DNA of 64,000 bases from an uncultured Gemmatimonadales bacterium (lineage in GTDB: Bacteria; Gemmatimonadota; Gemmatimonadetes; Gemmatimonadales; GWC2-71-9): the NCBI GenBank assembly GCA_963728915.1, contig CAVSLV010000004.1:32001-96000 (forward strand), written 5' to 3'. The translations under genes were made by a program, and so were the position numbers. How positions within the stretch are numbered: the stretch's first letter is position 1; the number at the start of each line of letters is the position of its first letter. Below are positions 19,958 through 31,614 of the stretch, piece after piece. The notes under the pieces are model-generated. The model saw only the letters and a program-made list of their open reading frames with translations, ran no database searches and was not told the DNA's origin.

Positions 19958-20395
19958 ATGCCCGAACCCTCCGTGCAGACCTACGCCAATCATCGCCGCT
20001 TGCTGCTCCCCTGGCATTTCTTCGTGATGCCGGTGATCGGCGCCCTGCTGGTGATTCAGATCGTGGAGCTGGTCCGGGTCCCGGGGCTCGGGTCGCTGTG
20101 GAGCTTCGTGGTCACCCTGGCCCTCTTCACGGGGTTCCTCTCGGCGCGCTGGATGGCGCTTCGGGTCCAGGATCGGCTGGTTCGGCTGGAGGAACGGCTG
20201 CGACTCGAGCGGCTGCTTCCGGAACGCGGGGAGGAGATCGAACGGTTGACGCTGCGTCAGTTGATCGGGTTGCGCTTCGCCTCGGACGCCGAAGTGCCCC
20301 CTCTGGTGGACCGGATCCTCGCCGGTGAGCTGGTTCGCGCACGCGACGTCAAGAAGGCGGTCCAGCACTGGAGGCCGGACCACCTTCGGGTGTAG
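19958..20395 (+). CDS. DUF6526-like membrane protein
   Basis: QTYANHRR...WHFF, two TM segments, ALRVQDRLVRLEERLRL, QLIGLRFASDAE, W.PDHLRV. Confidence 0.75.
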   Translation: MPEPSVQTYANHRRLLLPWHFFVMPVIGALLVIQIVELVRVPGLGSLWSFVVTLALFTGFLSARWMALRVQDRLVRLEERLRLERLLPERGEEIERLTLRQLIGLRFASDAEVPPLVDRILAGELVRARDVKKAVQHWRPDHLRV

Positions 20396-20407
20396 GGAGC
20401 GCGCGAC

Positions 20408-21238
20408 CTACTGGGGCAGCTTGGCGAGCGCGTCCTTGACGGCCTGGCTGTTCTGGTGCCGCTGGAGCAGTCCCTGCAGCACCGCCCGGGCGCTGTCGGG
20501 CTGACCGGCGGCGACCCAGGCCTCCGATTGCAACAGCCCGTGCCGCACGTCGTATCGGCTGTCGCCTGGCGTCCGCAGCGAATCGAGCATCGCGATCGCC
20601 GCTGCCGGCTCGTGACGGTCTCGAATGAGGGACTCCGCCTGGAGCAGCCGTACGGTGGTATCCGCCGGCCGGGTCCGGGCCAGCTCATCGATCAGGCGTG
20701 CCGCGGTTTCCGACTGTCCGGAATCCCGGGCTGCGCGCGAGGCGTGATAGAGGCCCGCGACGAGCAGGTTGGTGATGTCGGAGACATTCCCAGAGCGGGT
20801 GCCGATGCCGCCGGCATAGTTATAAACCAGGTCCCCGCCGTGCTCGCTGGCTTCATAGACCACGGCCACCGCGCCGATGCCGGCCGCCGCCGCCACGAAT
20901 TGAAGGGCCCTCCCGCCGCTCCTTCCGGTGAGCGCGAGGGTAAGCACCTCGAGACCCGCCAGAGCCAGGAAGGCGTTCCGGGCGCGATGGCCCCATTCCT
21001 CGTGCTCCTGCACCGCCTCGCGCGCACCGGGGATCCGCTCGGTGATGCCGTGGGCCTCGGTTCCGGATTTGACCGCGACCACCGAAGCGCCCGCGGCGAT
21101 CAGAATCAGGACGGTCGCCGCGGGGTTGAGCCAGGAACGTTTCCAGAACAGAGAGCCGAGACGAAACAGGACCCCGACAATGCCGAGGGCGACGACGAAG
21201 TGAACGACCTGGGGATGGAGAGGGCCGATGTTGGGCAT
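20408..21238 (-). CDS. DUF2231-like membrane protein with helical C-terminal extension
   Basis: LHPQVVHFVVAL, four TM segments, HEEWG, HGGDLVY; TPR-like tail. Confidence 0.7.
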   Translation of the reverse strand: MPNIGPLHPQVVHFVVALGIVGVLFRLGSLFWKRSWLNPAATVLILIAAGASVVAVKSGTEAHGITERIPGAREAVQEHEEWGHRARNAFLALAGLEVLTLALTGRSGGRALQFVAAAAGIGAVAVVYEASEHGGDLVYNYAGGIGTRSGNVSDITNLLVAGLYHASRAARDSGQSETAARLIDELARTRPADTTVRLLQAESLIRDRHEPAAAIAMLDSLRTPGDSRYDVRHGLLQSEAWVAAGQPDSARAVLQGLLQRHQNSQAVKDALAKLPQ

Positions 21239-21257
21239 ACCGTTGGGGCTCCGTGGT

Positions 21258-22202
21258 TCAGTATCCGAGACTCAATTCTACTGCAAGCCGGGGTTTTCGT
21301 CCTGCCTCCACGTCGGTGAGGCACTCAAGAAATCCTTCGCCCGCTCCCGGAATGGTGGTGAGTCCCGACACGTGGGGCGAGATGGTGACCCGGGGGTCGC
21401 TCCAGAGCGGGGAATCGGGAGGCGGGGGCTCCCGCTCGAAGACGTCCAGCGCACAGCCGGCGAGCGCGCCGGACTCCAGAGCCTCGGGGAGCGCGGCTTC
21501 CTCGATGAGCGGTCCGCGGCCCACGTTGATCAGGTAGACTCCGCCGCAGCCGAGCAGGCGCTTGCGGTCCAGGAAATGGAAGGTTTCTTCCGTCAGGGGA
21601 CAGGCCAGCATGAGCCAGCGGGCTCCTGCCACGGCTTCGGTGAAGCGGTCGGCCGGGAACACGGACGCGAACGGATCGCGGGGGCGCCCGCTTCGGGAGA
21701 TTCCATCGATTCGAGCCCCGAGAGGGCGAAAACAGGTGGCGATGCCCCGGCCGACCGCGCCGGTTCCCAGGATCACCCCCCGGGTTCCCCGGAGCGACTC
21801 GGGATGCAACGGTTCCCAGCGGCGGGCCGCCTGGTCCGTCGCAAAGCGGGTTAACCGCTGGGTCAGCGCGAGCGCGCGGGCCAGGCAGTATTCCCCGATC
21901 ATGGGCCCGAAGTCTTCCGAGGTGCGGGTGAGCAGCGTGCCGGGCGAAAGCCCGGTCCGGAAGGCGAAGGCGTCGACGCCCGCGCCGATGCAGTGAATCC
22001 ACCGCAGGGTGCGCCAGGGACCCTGGCGGGGCGGTCGGAAGCCGACGAACACTTCGGCCCAGGCCACATCGTCCGCGGTGATGTTGCCGGCGTCGAGGGC
22101 GCGCAGCTCGAGGTCGGGCCGGCGCTGGGCCAGGTAGTCCCCCAGCCCTTCATGGAGCGAATGGGAGATCAGGATGCGCTTGGGGAACCAGGGAGCCGGC
22201 AT
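21258..22202 (-). CDS. D-2-hydroxyacid dehydrogenase
   Basis: GAGVD, ILGTGAVG Rossmann motif, PLTEET, INVGRG, LDVFEREP, SPHVSG. Confidence 0.9.
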   Translation of the reverse strand: MPAPWFPKRILISHSLHEGLGDYLAQRRPDLELRALDAGNITADDVAWAEVFVGFRPPRQGPWRTLRWIHCIGAGVDAFAFRTGLSPGTLLTRTSEDFGPMIGEYCLARALALTQRLTRFATDQAARRWEPLHPESLRGTRGVILGTGAVGRGIATCFRPLGARIDGISRSGRPRDPFASVFPADRFTEAVAGARWLMLACPLTEETFHFLDRKRLLGCGGVYLINVGRGPLIEEAALPEALESGALAGCALDVFEREPPPPDSPLWSDPRVTISPHVSGLTTIPGAGEGFLECLTDVEAGRKPRLAVELSLGY

Positions 22203-23394
22203 GCCGCCGGAAAATAGCGCCCGCGCCGGGTCGCGCCTCCGGGTCCTGCTCGGGGCCGCGTTCCTCATGGCGACCTCCGCGATCGGTCCTGGCTTCCTCA
22301 CCCAGACCGTGGTCTTCACCCAGGCGCTGGGGGCGAGCTTCGGCTTCGCCATCCTGGTCTCGGTGCTCTGCGACCTCGGGGCGCAGCTCAACATCTGGCG
22401 GGTGATCGTGGCGTCGCGGCTGCCGGCCCAGCCGCTGCTCGACCGGGTGGTGCCCAACCTGGGCAAGCTGCTGGCGGTGCTGGTGGCTGCCGGCGGCCTC
22501 GCCTTCAACATCGGGAACGTGGCGGGCGCCGGGTTAGGATTGAATGCGCTGATCGGCATCGATGCCCGGCTGGGGGCCGTGCTCTCCGCCCTGGTGGCGA
22601 TCGGCATCTTTCTCTCCCGGGAGGCCGGCCGCGCCATGGACCGGTTCGCCCAGCTCATGGGGGCGATCATGGTCCTGGTCACCGTGTACGTGGCGGTGGC
22701 GGCGCGGCCTCCCCTCGGGGAGGCTTTCCTCCGGACCGTGGCCCCGGAGCGGCTCGACCTGCTCAGCATTCTCACCATCGTGGGCGGCACCGTGGGCGGA
22801 TACATCACCTTCGCCGGGGCGCACCGGCTGCTCGATGCCGGGGTCGCCGGTCCGGAGCGGGTTGGCGCCGCCACTCGATCCGCGCTGGCCGGCATCGGCG
22901 TCGCGAGCCTGATGCGGGTGATGCTCTTCCTGGCCGCCCTCGCGGTGGTCAGCCGCGGCCAGGCGCTGGATCCCGCCAACCCGCCGGCCTCGCTGTTTCG
23001 CATCGCGGCCGGCGAACCGGGATACCGGCTCTTCGGCGCCGTCATGTGGGCCGCCGCGGTCACCTCGGTGGTCGGATCGGCCTACACCTCGGTCTCGTTC
23101 CTGCGCACCCTGCGACTGGGATGGCAGGCGTTGAGCACCCCGCTCATCCTCGGGTTCATCATCGTGTCCACCATCGTGTTCCTGGTGATCGGGCGGCCGG
23201 TCGCCGTGCTCATCGCGGTGGGCGCCCTCAACGGCCTCATCCTGCCGTTCGGCCTCGGCGCGATCCTCCTCGCCACCAGGCAGCAGGGGTTGATGCACGG
23301 CTACCATCATCCCCGCCTTCTCACCGCGGCCGGCGTCCTGATCACGGTGGTGATGGCGTTCATGGGAGCCTACAGCATCGTTCAGATTTTTTGA
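22201..23394 (+). CDS. NRAMP-related transporter, YcsG-like
   Basis: LLGAAFLMATSAIGPGFLTQT, AFNIGNVAGAGLGLN, VGGTVGGYITFAGAHRLLDAG, TSVVGSAYTSVSF. Confidence 0.85.
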   Translation: MPPENSARAGSRLRVLLGAAFLMATSAIGPGFLTQTVVFTQALGASFGFAILVSVLCDLGAQLNIWRVIVASRLPAQPLLDRVVPNLGKLLAVLVAAGGLAFNIGNVAGAGLGLNALIGIDARLGAVLSALVAIGIFLSREAGRAMDRFAQLMGAIMVLVTVYVAVAARPPLGEAFLRTVAPERLDLLSILTIVGGTVGGYITFAGAHRLLDAGVAGPERVGAATRSALAGIGVASLMRVMLFLAALAVVSRGQALDPANPPASLFRIAAGEPGYRLFGAVMWAAAVTSVVGSAYTSVSFLRTLRLGWQALSTPLILGFIIVSTIVFLVIGRPVAVLIAVGALNGLILPFGLGAILLATRQQGLMHGYHHPRLLTAAGVLITVVMAFMGAYSIVQIF

Positions 23395-23407
23395 CGTGCC
23401 GAGCTGA

Positions 23408-23887
23408 TCAGCGGCGAGCGTAAACCGTCGTCTTGCCTGCCTTGTCGAACGCGATCACGTCGTAGGGATCCCTGGTGGCCCCCTCCATCCCGGGGGACCC
23501 GGTCACCATGCCGGGAACCGCGAGACCGGCCAATCCGGGTTTTTCGGCGAGCATCTTCTTGATCAGGTCGGCCGGCACGTGGCCCTCCACCAGATATCCG
23601 CCCACCAGCGCGGTGTGGCAGGAGACGAGGGTGTTGCCGATCCCGTAGCGTTTCTTGATGGCGGCCATGTCGGTGGTGTGTTGCACCGTGGTCGTGAATC
23701 CCGCGCCGCCCATCAGGGTGATCCACTTGCCGCAGCATCCACAGCCGGGATCCGCATAGACCAGCATCGGAATGGGGGTGGCCGGGTCGATGAGCGCCGC
23801 GCCTCGCCGGGTCAGCGCCAGCATCAGGCCTCCGGCCGCTCCACCCGCCAGGAACTGCCTTCGAGTGACCCCTTTCACTTCGTCCAT
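23408..23887 (-). CDS. DUF411 family metal-binding protein, Tat-exported
   Basis: TRRQFL twin-arginine signal; PGCGCCGKW, SCHTA, VEGHVPA, PGMVTGSPGME. Confidence 0.88.
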   Translation of the reverse strand: MDEVKGVTRRQFLAGGAAGGLMLALTRRGAALIDPATPIPMLVYADPGCGCCGKWITLMGGAGFTTTVQHTTDMAAIKKRYGIGNTLVSCHTALVGGYLVEGHVPADLIKKMLAEKPGLAGLAVPGMVTGSPGMEGATRDPYDVIAFDKAGKTTVYARR

Positions 23888-24639
23888 ACGATCACCAGCC
23901 CGCACTGGGCAGAAGAGGTTATATAGCCGAACGACGACCCGCCTCCCCGATAGAATTCGAGCGCCTCCACCTCATCAGGATCGAACTCGTAGAGCGCTCT
24001 TCCCCGGAATGGCCGGGCCCCGTTGACGGAAACGTACGGATAGGCCTGGGGGTCCTGCATCCATCGACCCGAAGCGCTGGCCTGCTGCCACACCCAGCTT
24101 TCGTATGGCGCACAGGACGCTCCTCCACCCGGGACCGCGCTCCGCGGGCCAGTCTGGACCAGGAAGTTCGCCAGCACCGCCCCGAGCTGCGGTTCGCCGG
24201 ACTGCTGGATATCATCGCGGGTCAGAAACACTCCATCCAGACTGGCCTTCATCCGGTCGACAAAGGCGCGATCCAGGCTGTCGAGCTGGGCGGCCTGGCG
24301 CCGTGCAACGATTTCCGACGCAGGTTCCAGATGAAACTCCAGAACCCGCTCGGCATCCGGCTTCAACGTGATCGCTTTGCGCGCCGGCTCGACTCCTCCG
24401 CCGGTGACCGTGACCCAGTAGCGACCGGGCTTGAGACCCTCGAAACGAAAACTCCCATCCGCCCGGGTCTCCATGCTGATGCCGAGTCCGCGGATTTCGA
24501 CCCGCGCCCCCTCCACCGATTCACCTTTTTCGGTTTGAACTGTGCCGCGGACTGCCGGGGTCCCGGCGGCCTGGGCAACTAACGTCCCCTGCACCAGCAG
24601 CGACCCCAATCCCAAACCTGCGAGCTGTGCGAATCTCAT
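23875..24639 (-). CDS. carboxypeptidase-regulatory-like domain plus plug-like domain, no barrel
   Basis: VRGTV...VEGARV...TRADGSFRFEGLKPGRY; C-terminal FLTRDDI...DPDEVEALEFYRG...CGLVIVWTK. Confidence 0.65.
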   Translation of the reverse strand: MRFAQLAGLGLGSLLVQGTLVAQAAGTPAVRGTVQTEKGESVEGARVEIRGLGISMETRADGSFRFEGLKPGRYWVTVTGGGVEPARKAITLKPDAERVLEFHLEPASEIVARRQAAQLDSLDRAFVDRMKASLDGVFLTRDDIQQSGEPQLGAVLANFLVQTGPRSAVPGGGASCAPYESWVWQQASASGRWMQDPQAYPYVSVNGARPFRGRALYEFDPDEVEALEFYRGGGSSFGYITSSAQCGLVIVWTK

Positions 24640-24720
24640 CGGATGGCCCCCTCTTTCCCCTCCCCTTCGGGGATCGCCGGACTCTTCAAAAGTACCACAC
24701 CAGGGGTTGGTCGAAGAGTG

Positions 24721-26403
24721 CTACTTGAACGAAGGATCCCGCCACACGGTACGACCGTCGAGCAGGGTCAGCAACACGCGAGTCCGATGGATGTCCCCGG
24801 CGGGAATCCGGAACAGGTCCTGATCCAGCACGATCAGATCCGCGGCTTTGCCGGGCTCGAGTGTCCCGGCGACCACCTCTTCGCCCACCGCGTACGCGCT
24901 CCCGTAGGTGTAGGCGCGCAGGATGGTCGCGAGGGAGACCTGTTCATCGGGGAGCCAGACCGGTCCGGGCGGTCCATCGACGTCTCGACGGGTCACCGCG
25001 ACCTGGATTGCGTCCAGGGGGTTCATCGAGGAAACCGGCCAATCGCTTCCTGCCGCGAGGAGGGCGCCCGTTCTGGCGACCGAACCAATCGGGTAGAGGT
25101 GCGCCGACCGCTCGGGGCCGAGTACCGGCTCGGTCAGCCGGGTGATGTACTCGTCCTGCTGGGCCCAGAGCGGCTGGAAGACCGGGATGACGTCCTGCTC
25201 GGCGAATCGGGGAATGTCGGCGGAGTCGATCAGCTCGAGGTGGGCAATCATCGGACGGGCGTCGCGTGGACCGTTGAGGGCGCGGGCGAACGCGTAGGCA
25301 TTCAGTGCCATGCGTACCGCTCGATCTCCGATGGCGTGCGCATGGACCTGGAACGCCGCCGCGTCCAGCGCCGCCACGATGGTGTCCAGCTTTTCCGGGG
25401 AGAAATTGGCCGGTCCCCGGCTGCCGGTTCCCAGGTACGGTGCGAGCAGGGCCGCGGTCCCGGCTTCGATCACCCCGTCCACGAAGACCTTGGCGGCCTT
25501 GGGGAAGAAGTAGTGCCGCCCCGCGAATCGCCCTCGCCAGGCCCGCAACGAATCCACCTGGCTCACCGGAGCCCTGGGATCCACCTCGATGGCGGCGACG
25601 ATCCGGGCATTCAGCTTGCCGAGGCTGTCGAGGGCCGCATACGCGGCGAGCAGGGTCGTGTCGGCGTCGGCATCGTAGAGCGCGACGATGCCGAATTGAT
25701 TCGCCATGGCAATCGCTCGGAGCAGGCCATCCTGGATTTCTTCAGGGGTCCGGGGAGGCAGCACCCGGGTGACCAGCTCCATCGCGCTTTCCCGGAGGGT
25801 CCCGGAGGGCTCGCCGGTCTTCGGATCCCGTTCGATTCTGCCGTTCGGCGGATCCGGAGTCGCGCGGTCGATCCCGGCCAGGGCCAGCGTCCTGGAATTC
25901 ACCCAGGCGGAGTGCCCATCGGCGGCCCGCAGGTACATGGGCCGCTGCACATCGATCGAATCGAGCCATTCTTTTCGGGGATTCGCCTCGGGGAAAACCG
26001 GGAGCTGCCAGCCGCTCCCCCGGATCCACGGAGCCTCGGGATGCTGAGCCGCAAACCGTCGGACCGAATCCAGCACCGCTTGCGCGGTGCGGAGATTGTC
26101 CAGGGTGCATTCGCCGAGCTGGATTCCGCCGCGCGGGTGAACGTGAGCGTCCCGGAACGCCGGCAACACCATGCGTCCCTTGAGATCGAGGACGGTAGTG
26201 CGCCGCCCGATATAGCTCCCCGCTCCTTCATCGTCGCCGACATACACCACTCGGCCGTCCCGCACCGCGAGGGCCTGGGCCGGCGCGGAGTCCTCCGCCA
26301 CCGGATAGACTACCCCATGGCGGAGCACCAGGTCGGCGGGGTCGCCATGCCGGCATCCGAGGATTGAAAGCAGGATCAGCGCGATGCGGGAGCGGCTCAG
26401 CAT
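24721..26403 (-). CDS. amidohydrolase 3 family (YtcJ-like) lipoprotein
   Basis: ILGC lipobox; PAFRDAHVH, DGHSAWVNS, HAIGDRA, IAHLEL, AGSDWPV, GTLEPGKAADL. Confidence 0.9.
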   Translation of the reverse strand: MLSRSRIALILLSILGCRHGDPADLVLRHGVVYPVAEDSAPAQALAVRDGRVVYVGDDEGAGSYIGRRTTVLDLKGRMVLPAFRDAHVHPRGGIQLGECTLDNLRTAQAVLDSVRRFAAQHPEAPWIRGSGWQLPVFPEANPRKEWLDSIDVQRPMYLRAADGHSAWVNSRTLALAGIDRATPDPPNGRIERDPKTGEPSGTLRESAMELVTRVLPPRTPEEIQDGLLRAIAMANQFGIVALYDADADTTLLAAYAALDSLGKLNARIVAAIEVDPRAPVSQVDSLRAWRGRFAGRHYFFPKAAKVFVDGVIEAGTAALLAPYLGTGSRGPANFSPEKLDTIVAALDAAAFQVHAHAIGDRAVRMALNAYAFARALNGPRDARPMIAHLELIDSADIPRFAEQDVIPVFQPLWAQQDEYITRLTEPVLGPERSAHLYPIGSVARTGALLAAGSDWPVSSMNPLDAIQVAVTRRDVDGPPGPVWLPDEQVSLATILRAYTYGSAYAVGEEVVAGTLEPGKAADLIVLDQDLFRIPAGDIHRTRVLLTLLDGRTVWRDPSFK

Positions 26404-26425
26404 CCCTGCAAGGTAACTTTCTTCC
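26404..26425. promoter_or_regulatory. putative bidirectional leaderless promoter (overlapping -10 boxes)
   Basis: TAACTT (+, 26414-26419) 6 nt before ATG 26426; TACCTT (-, 26415-26410) 6 nt before ATG 26403. Confidence 0.6.
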
Positions 26426-27757
26426 ATGCCCCGCCGTTACCCCGACACGCCCCTCCTCTACCGCAGCCTGGTTCGCAACTATCCGCTGATCGTCAAGGCG
26501 CAGGGCTGCTGGGTGCACGACGAGGAGGGCCACAGCTATCTCGACGGATGTGGCGGCGCATTCGTCACCTCGCTGGGGCACGGGGTGGACGAGGTCGTCA
26601 CGGCGGTCGCCGCGACCACCCGGGAGGTGGGATACGTCAGCGGATTCGCGTTCACCAATCCCGCCGCCGAAACGCTCGCCGAGGAGCTGGCCACCCTCGC
26701 CCTGGGCGACCTGCGGCACTTTTTCTTCGTCTCCAGCGGGTCCGATGCGATCGAGGCCGCCGTCAAGCTGGCGCGGCAATACTGGGTCGAGCTGGGGCGC
26801 TTATCGAAACGACATGTCATCGCCCTGACACCGGCCTACCATGGCAACACCCTGCTGGCCCTCTCGCTCGGAGCCCGCCGGCACTATCAGCAATTCTTCC
26901 AGCCCTGGCTCCTCGAGGTGCCGCGGCTTCCGGCGCCATACGCCTATCGCTGCTCCTGCCGGGGCAGGGATGCATCGTGTCCTCGATGCAGCGGCACCGC
27001 CCTCGATGCCCTGATCCAGGAGCTCGGTCCGGAAAACGTGGCGGCCTTCGTGGCGGAGCCGATCGGCGGTTCGTCGACCGGCGCGGCGGTGCCCCGGGAG
27101 GATTACTGGCGGACCATCCGGGAAATCTGCACCCGGCATGAGGTATTGTGGATCGCCGACGAGATCCTGGTCGGGGCGGGGCGTACCGGGACCTGGTCGT
27201 CGCTCACGCCGTTCGACGCGGTTCCGGATCTCCAGGTGATGGGCAAGGGACTGAGCGGAGGCTACGCCCCGCTCGCCTCGGTCGCGGTGCCGCGCCGGAT
27301 CGGCGATGCCATCGCGGCGGGGTCCGGGGGCGTGCTGCATGCCCAGACGTTCGTGCACGCCCCCGCGATCTGCGCGGCGGGAATCGCGGCGATCCGGTAT
27401 CTTCGTCGGCACGAGTTGCTGGCCCGCTGCCGGGACATGGGCGCGCTGCTGCACCGGAAGCTCGCCGCGCTGGGCGGCCTGCCCTGCGTGGGCGACATCC
27501 GGGGCCGGGGTCTCCTGGCGGGAATCGAATTCGTGGCGGATCGGGAGACCCGGGCGCCGTTCCCCCGGGCAAAGCGCTTCGCCGAGCGGTTCACCGCGGC
27601 CGCCGAACGCCTGGGGCTGCTGGTATGGCCTAACACGGGACAGGCGGACGGCGTGAATGGGGATCTGGTGATGCTGGCGCCGCCCTTCGTGATCAGCGAA
27701 GCCGAAATCGACCTGATCGTGGAGCGGCTGGGCCAGGCGATGGAGGCGATGGACTAG
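26426..27757 (+). CDS. class III PLP aminotransferase
   Basis: YLDGCGG, SSGSDAIEAAVKLARQY, YHGNT, AEPIGG, IADEILVGAGRTG, MGKGLSGGY. Confidence 0.92.
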   Translation: MPRRYPDTPLLYRSLVRNYPLIVKAQGCWVHDEEGHSYLDGCGGAFVTSLGHGVDEVVTAVAATTREVGYVSGFAFTNPAAETLAEELATLALGDLRHFFFVSSGSDAIEAAVKLARQYWVELGRLSKRHVIALTPAYHGNTLLALSLGARRHYQQFFQPWLLEVPRLPAPYAYRCSCRGRDASCPRCSGTALDALIQELGPENVAAFVAEPIGGSSTGAAVPREDYWRTIREICTRHEVLWIADEILVGAGRTGTWSSLTPFDAVPDLQVMGKGLSGGYAPLASVAVPRRIGDAIAAGSGGVLHAQTFVHAPAICAAGIAAIRYLRRHELLARCRDMGALLHRKLAALGGLPCVGDIRGRGLLAGIEFVADRETRAPFPRAKRFAERFTAAAERLGLLVWPNTGQADGVNGDLVMLAPPFVISEAEIDLIVERLGQAMEAMD

Positions 27758-27769
27758 AGGGGGGACGCT

Positions 27770-29094
<1,325 letters not shown>

Positions 29095-29098
<4 letters not shown>

Positions 29099-31614
29099 TC
29101 CGGGCGCTCGCGGCGGCGCTCCTTCCCGGCGCCCTCTTCGCGCAACGGGCGCCGGTCCTCAAACAGATCGACGTTCCCCACTCCTACTACTACCGGGAGA
29201 TGTATCTCCCCCAGCTCACCACCGGGCCATCCTCGGTGAGCTGGTCCCCCGACGGGTTCGAGCTGGTCTACTCGATGGCCGGGAGCCTCTGGCGGCAGCG
29301 GGTCGGGTCCGATAGCGCGATCCAGCTGACCGATGAGGCGGGTTATGACTACCAGCCGGACTGGTCTCCCGACGGTCGGTTCGTGGCGTACACCTCCTAC
29401 CGGAACGACGCGCTCGAGCTCCGGCTGCTCGATCTCACCGACGGGACGACCCGCGCGCTCGTGGCGGATGGCGCCGTCAACCTGGACCCGCGCTGGTCTC
29501 CCGATGGATCGCGGATCGCGTTCGTCTCGACCGCCCTGCATGGACGCTGGCAGGTCTTTCTGCTCCCGATGGCCAGTGGCGCCGCGTCGGGTCCCCCGAT
29601 GCGGATCACCGAGGAGCACGAAAGCGGCCTCCCGCGTTATTACTACAGCGCTTTCGATCATTACCTCTCCCCGGCCTGGTCGCCCGACGGGAACGAATTG
29701 CTGCTGGTCTCGAACCGGGGGCACGTGTGGGGTTCCGGCGGGATCTGGCGGACGGAAGCCCGCACCGGCGCTCCCATGCGGGAGATCCGCAACGAGGAAA
29801 CCACCTGGAAAGCGCGCCCCGACTGGGCCCGGGACGGCAAGCGGGTCGTGTACAGCTCCTATCTGGGCGGCCAGCGCAACCAGCTCTGGCTCACCACCGC
29901 GGACGGCGGCGATCCCTTCCAGCTCACCTACTGCGCCTGCGATCACACCGCGCCGCGCTGGTCCCCCGACGGGAAGCGCATCGGGTTCATCAGCAACGAG
30001 GCCGGCTCGCTGTCGCTCCAGATCGTGACCGTCCCGGGCGGGCGGATCGAGACGGTTCGCCAGCGGTCCCGGCGCTATCTGCGCCCGCACGGCGGGTTAC
30101 GGATTGCGCTGGGCGATTCGGGCGCGGCAACCCCGGCCCGGATCTCGGTGACCGGGGCGGACGGACGGGGCTGGGGCCCGGACGGCGCCATGCTCCACGC
30201 CGACGATGGTTTCGACCGGAAGCTCCGGAGCTTCGAGCCGACCTATTTCCATGCCCGGGGCCCCGTCGACCTCTCTCTCCCGGTCGGCCGCTATACCGTG
30301 CTGGTGCGCCGGGGCTTCGAGTACCGCGCGGTGAGCCGGGAGGTCACCATCACCGCCGGATCGCACCTCACGCTCCCGGTTCGCCTGACCCGGCTGCTCG
30401 ACCTTCCCGCGCTGGGCTGGTGGAGCGGCGACCTGCACGTCCATATGAACTACGGGGGCGCCTACCGGATGGACGTGCCCCGGCTGCGGGGCCAGGCGGA
30501 GGCCGAAGACCTCCACGTGGTGGAGGATCTGATCGTGAACAAGGAGCAGCGGATCCCCGATATCGCGGAGTTCCGGCCCGGGGGCCGCCCCGATCCGCGC
30601 TCCTCATCGCGGACCCTCATCCGGCATGACGAGGAGTATCACACCTCGTACTGGGGCCACACCGGCCACCTGGGCCTGACCCGGAACCTGATCCTGCCGA
30701 ACTACGCGGGTTATGCCAACACCCCCGCGGCGAGCCTCTTCCCCGACAACAGCACCATCTTCGATCTGTCGCACGCCCAGGGCGGGGTGAGCGGATACGT
30801 GCACCCCTTCGACGAGGATCCCGACCCCAACGCGGCGGCGCCGCTCACCCATGCGCTCCCGGTCGATGTCGCGCTCGGCAAGGTGGACTACCTGGAGGTC
30901 CTGGGGTTTTCCGACCACCTCGCGACGGCGAAGGTGTGGTACCGGCTGCTGAACTGCGGGTTCCGTCTCCCCGCCGGCGCGGGCACCGATGCGATGACCA
31001 ACTATGCCTCGCTCCATGGTCCGGTCGGGCTCAATCGCGTTTTCGTGCACTCGGGGCCCCGGCTCGACTATCCCGCCTGGCTCGCCGGGCTCAAGACGGG
31101 TCGCACCTTCGCGAGCAACGGGCCGCTGCTCCGGTTCACCCTCAACGGCCGGGAAGCGGGCGACGAGCTTCGCTTCGCCGGCGGCGTGCATCAGCTCACC
31201 GCCCGGGTCTCGCTCCGGTCCAATGTCCCGGTCGAACGGCTGGAAATCGTCGCCAACGGGACGGTCGTGGCGCGGATTCCCCTGGGCCGGGACAGCACCC
31301 GAGCCGACGCCGAGGTGCCCCTGCCGGTGACCCGGAGCGGGTGGTTCACCCTGCGGGCATGGTCCTCCCACTCGGATCCCGGCGTGCTCGATGCCTATCC
31401 CTTTGCGACCACCAGCCCGATCTACGTGACGGTGGCGGATCGTCCAGTACGGTCTCCCGACGACGCACGTTTCTTCGCGCGCTGGATCGAGCGGCTGGAA
31501 GCCGCCGCATCGAGTCACGCCGGTTGGAACACCCCGGCGGAAAAACACGACGTTCTCGATCGGCTGGCCCGGGCCAAGGCGATCTTCAGAGAACGCGCAG
31601 GCGACCGGGAATGA
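29095..31614 (+). CDS. TolB-like PD40 beta-propeller fused to a CehA/McbA-type (PHP-like) metallohydrolase
   Basis: Repeated P.WSPDG units; WWSGDLHVH, EEYH..YWGH, YVHP, WYRLLNCGFRLPAGAGTD, GRTFASNGP; start uncertain (CTG 29095 or GTG 29077). Confidence 0.82.
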
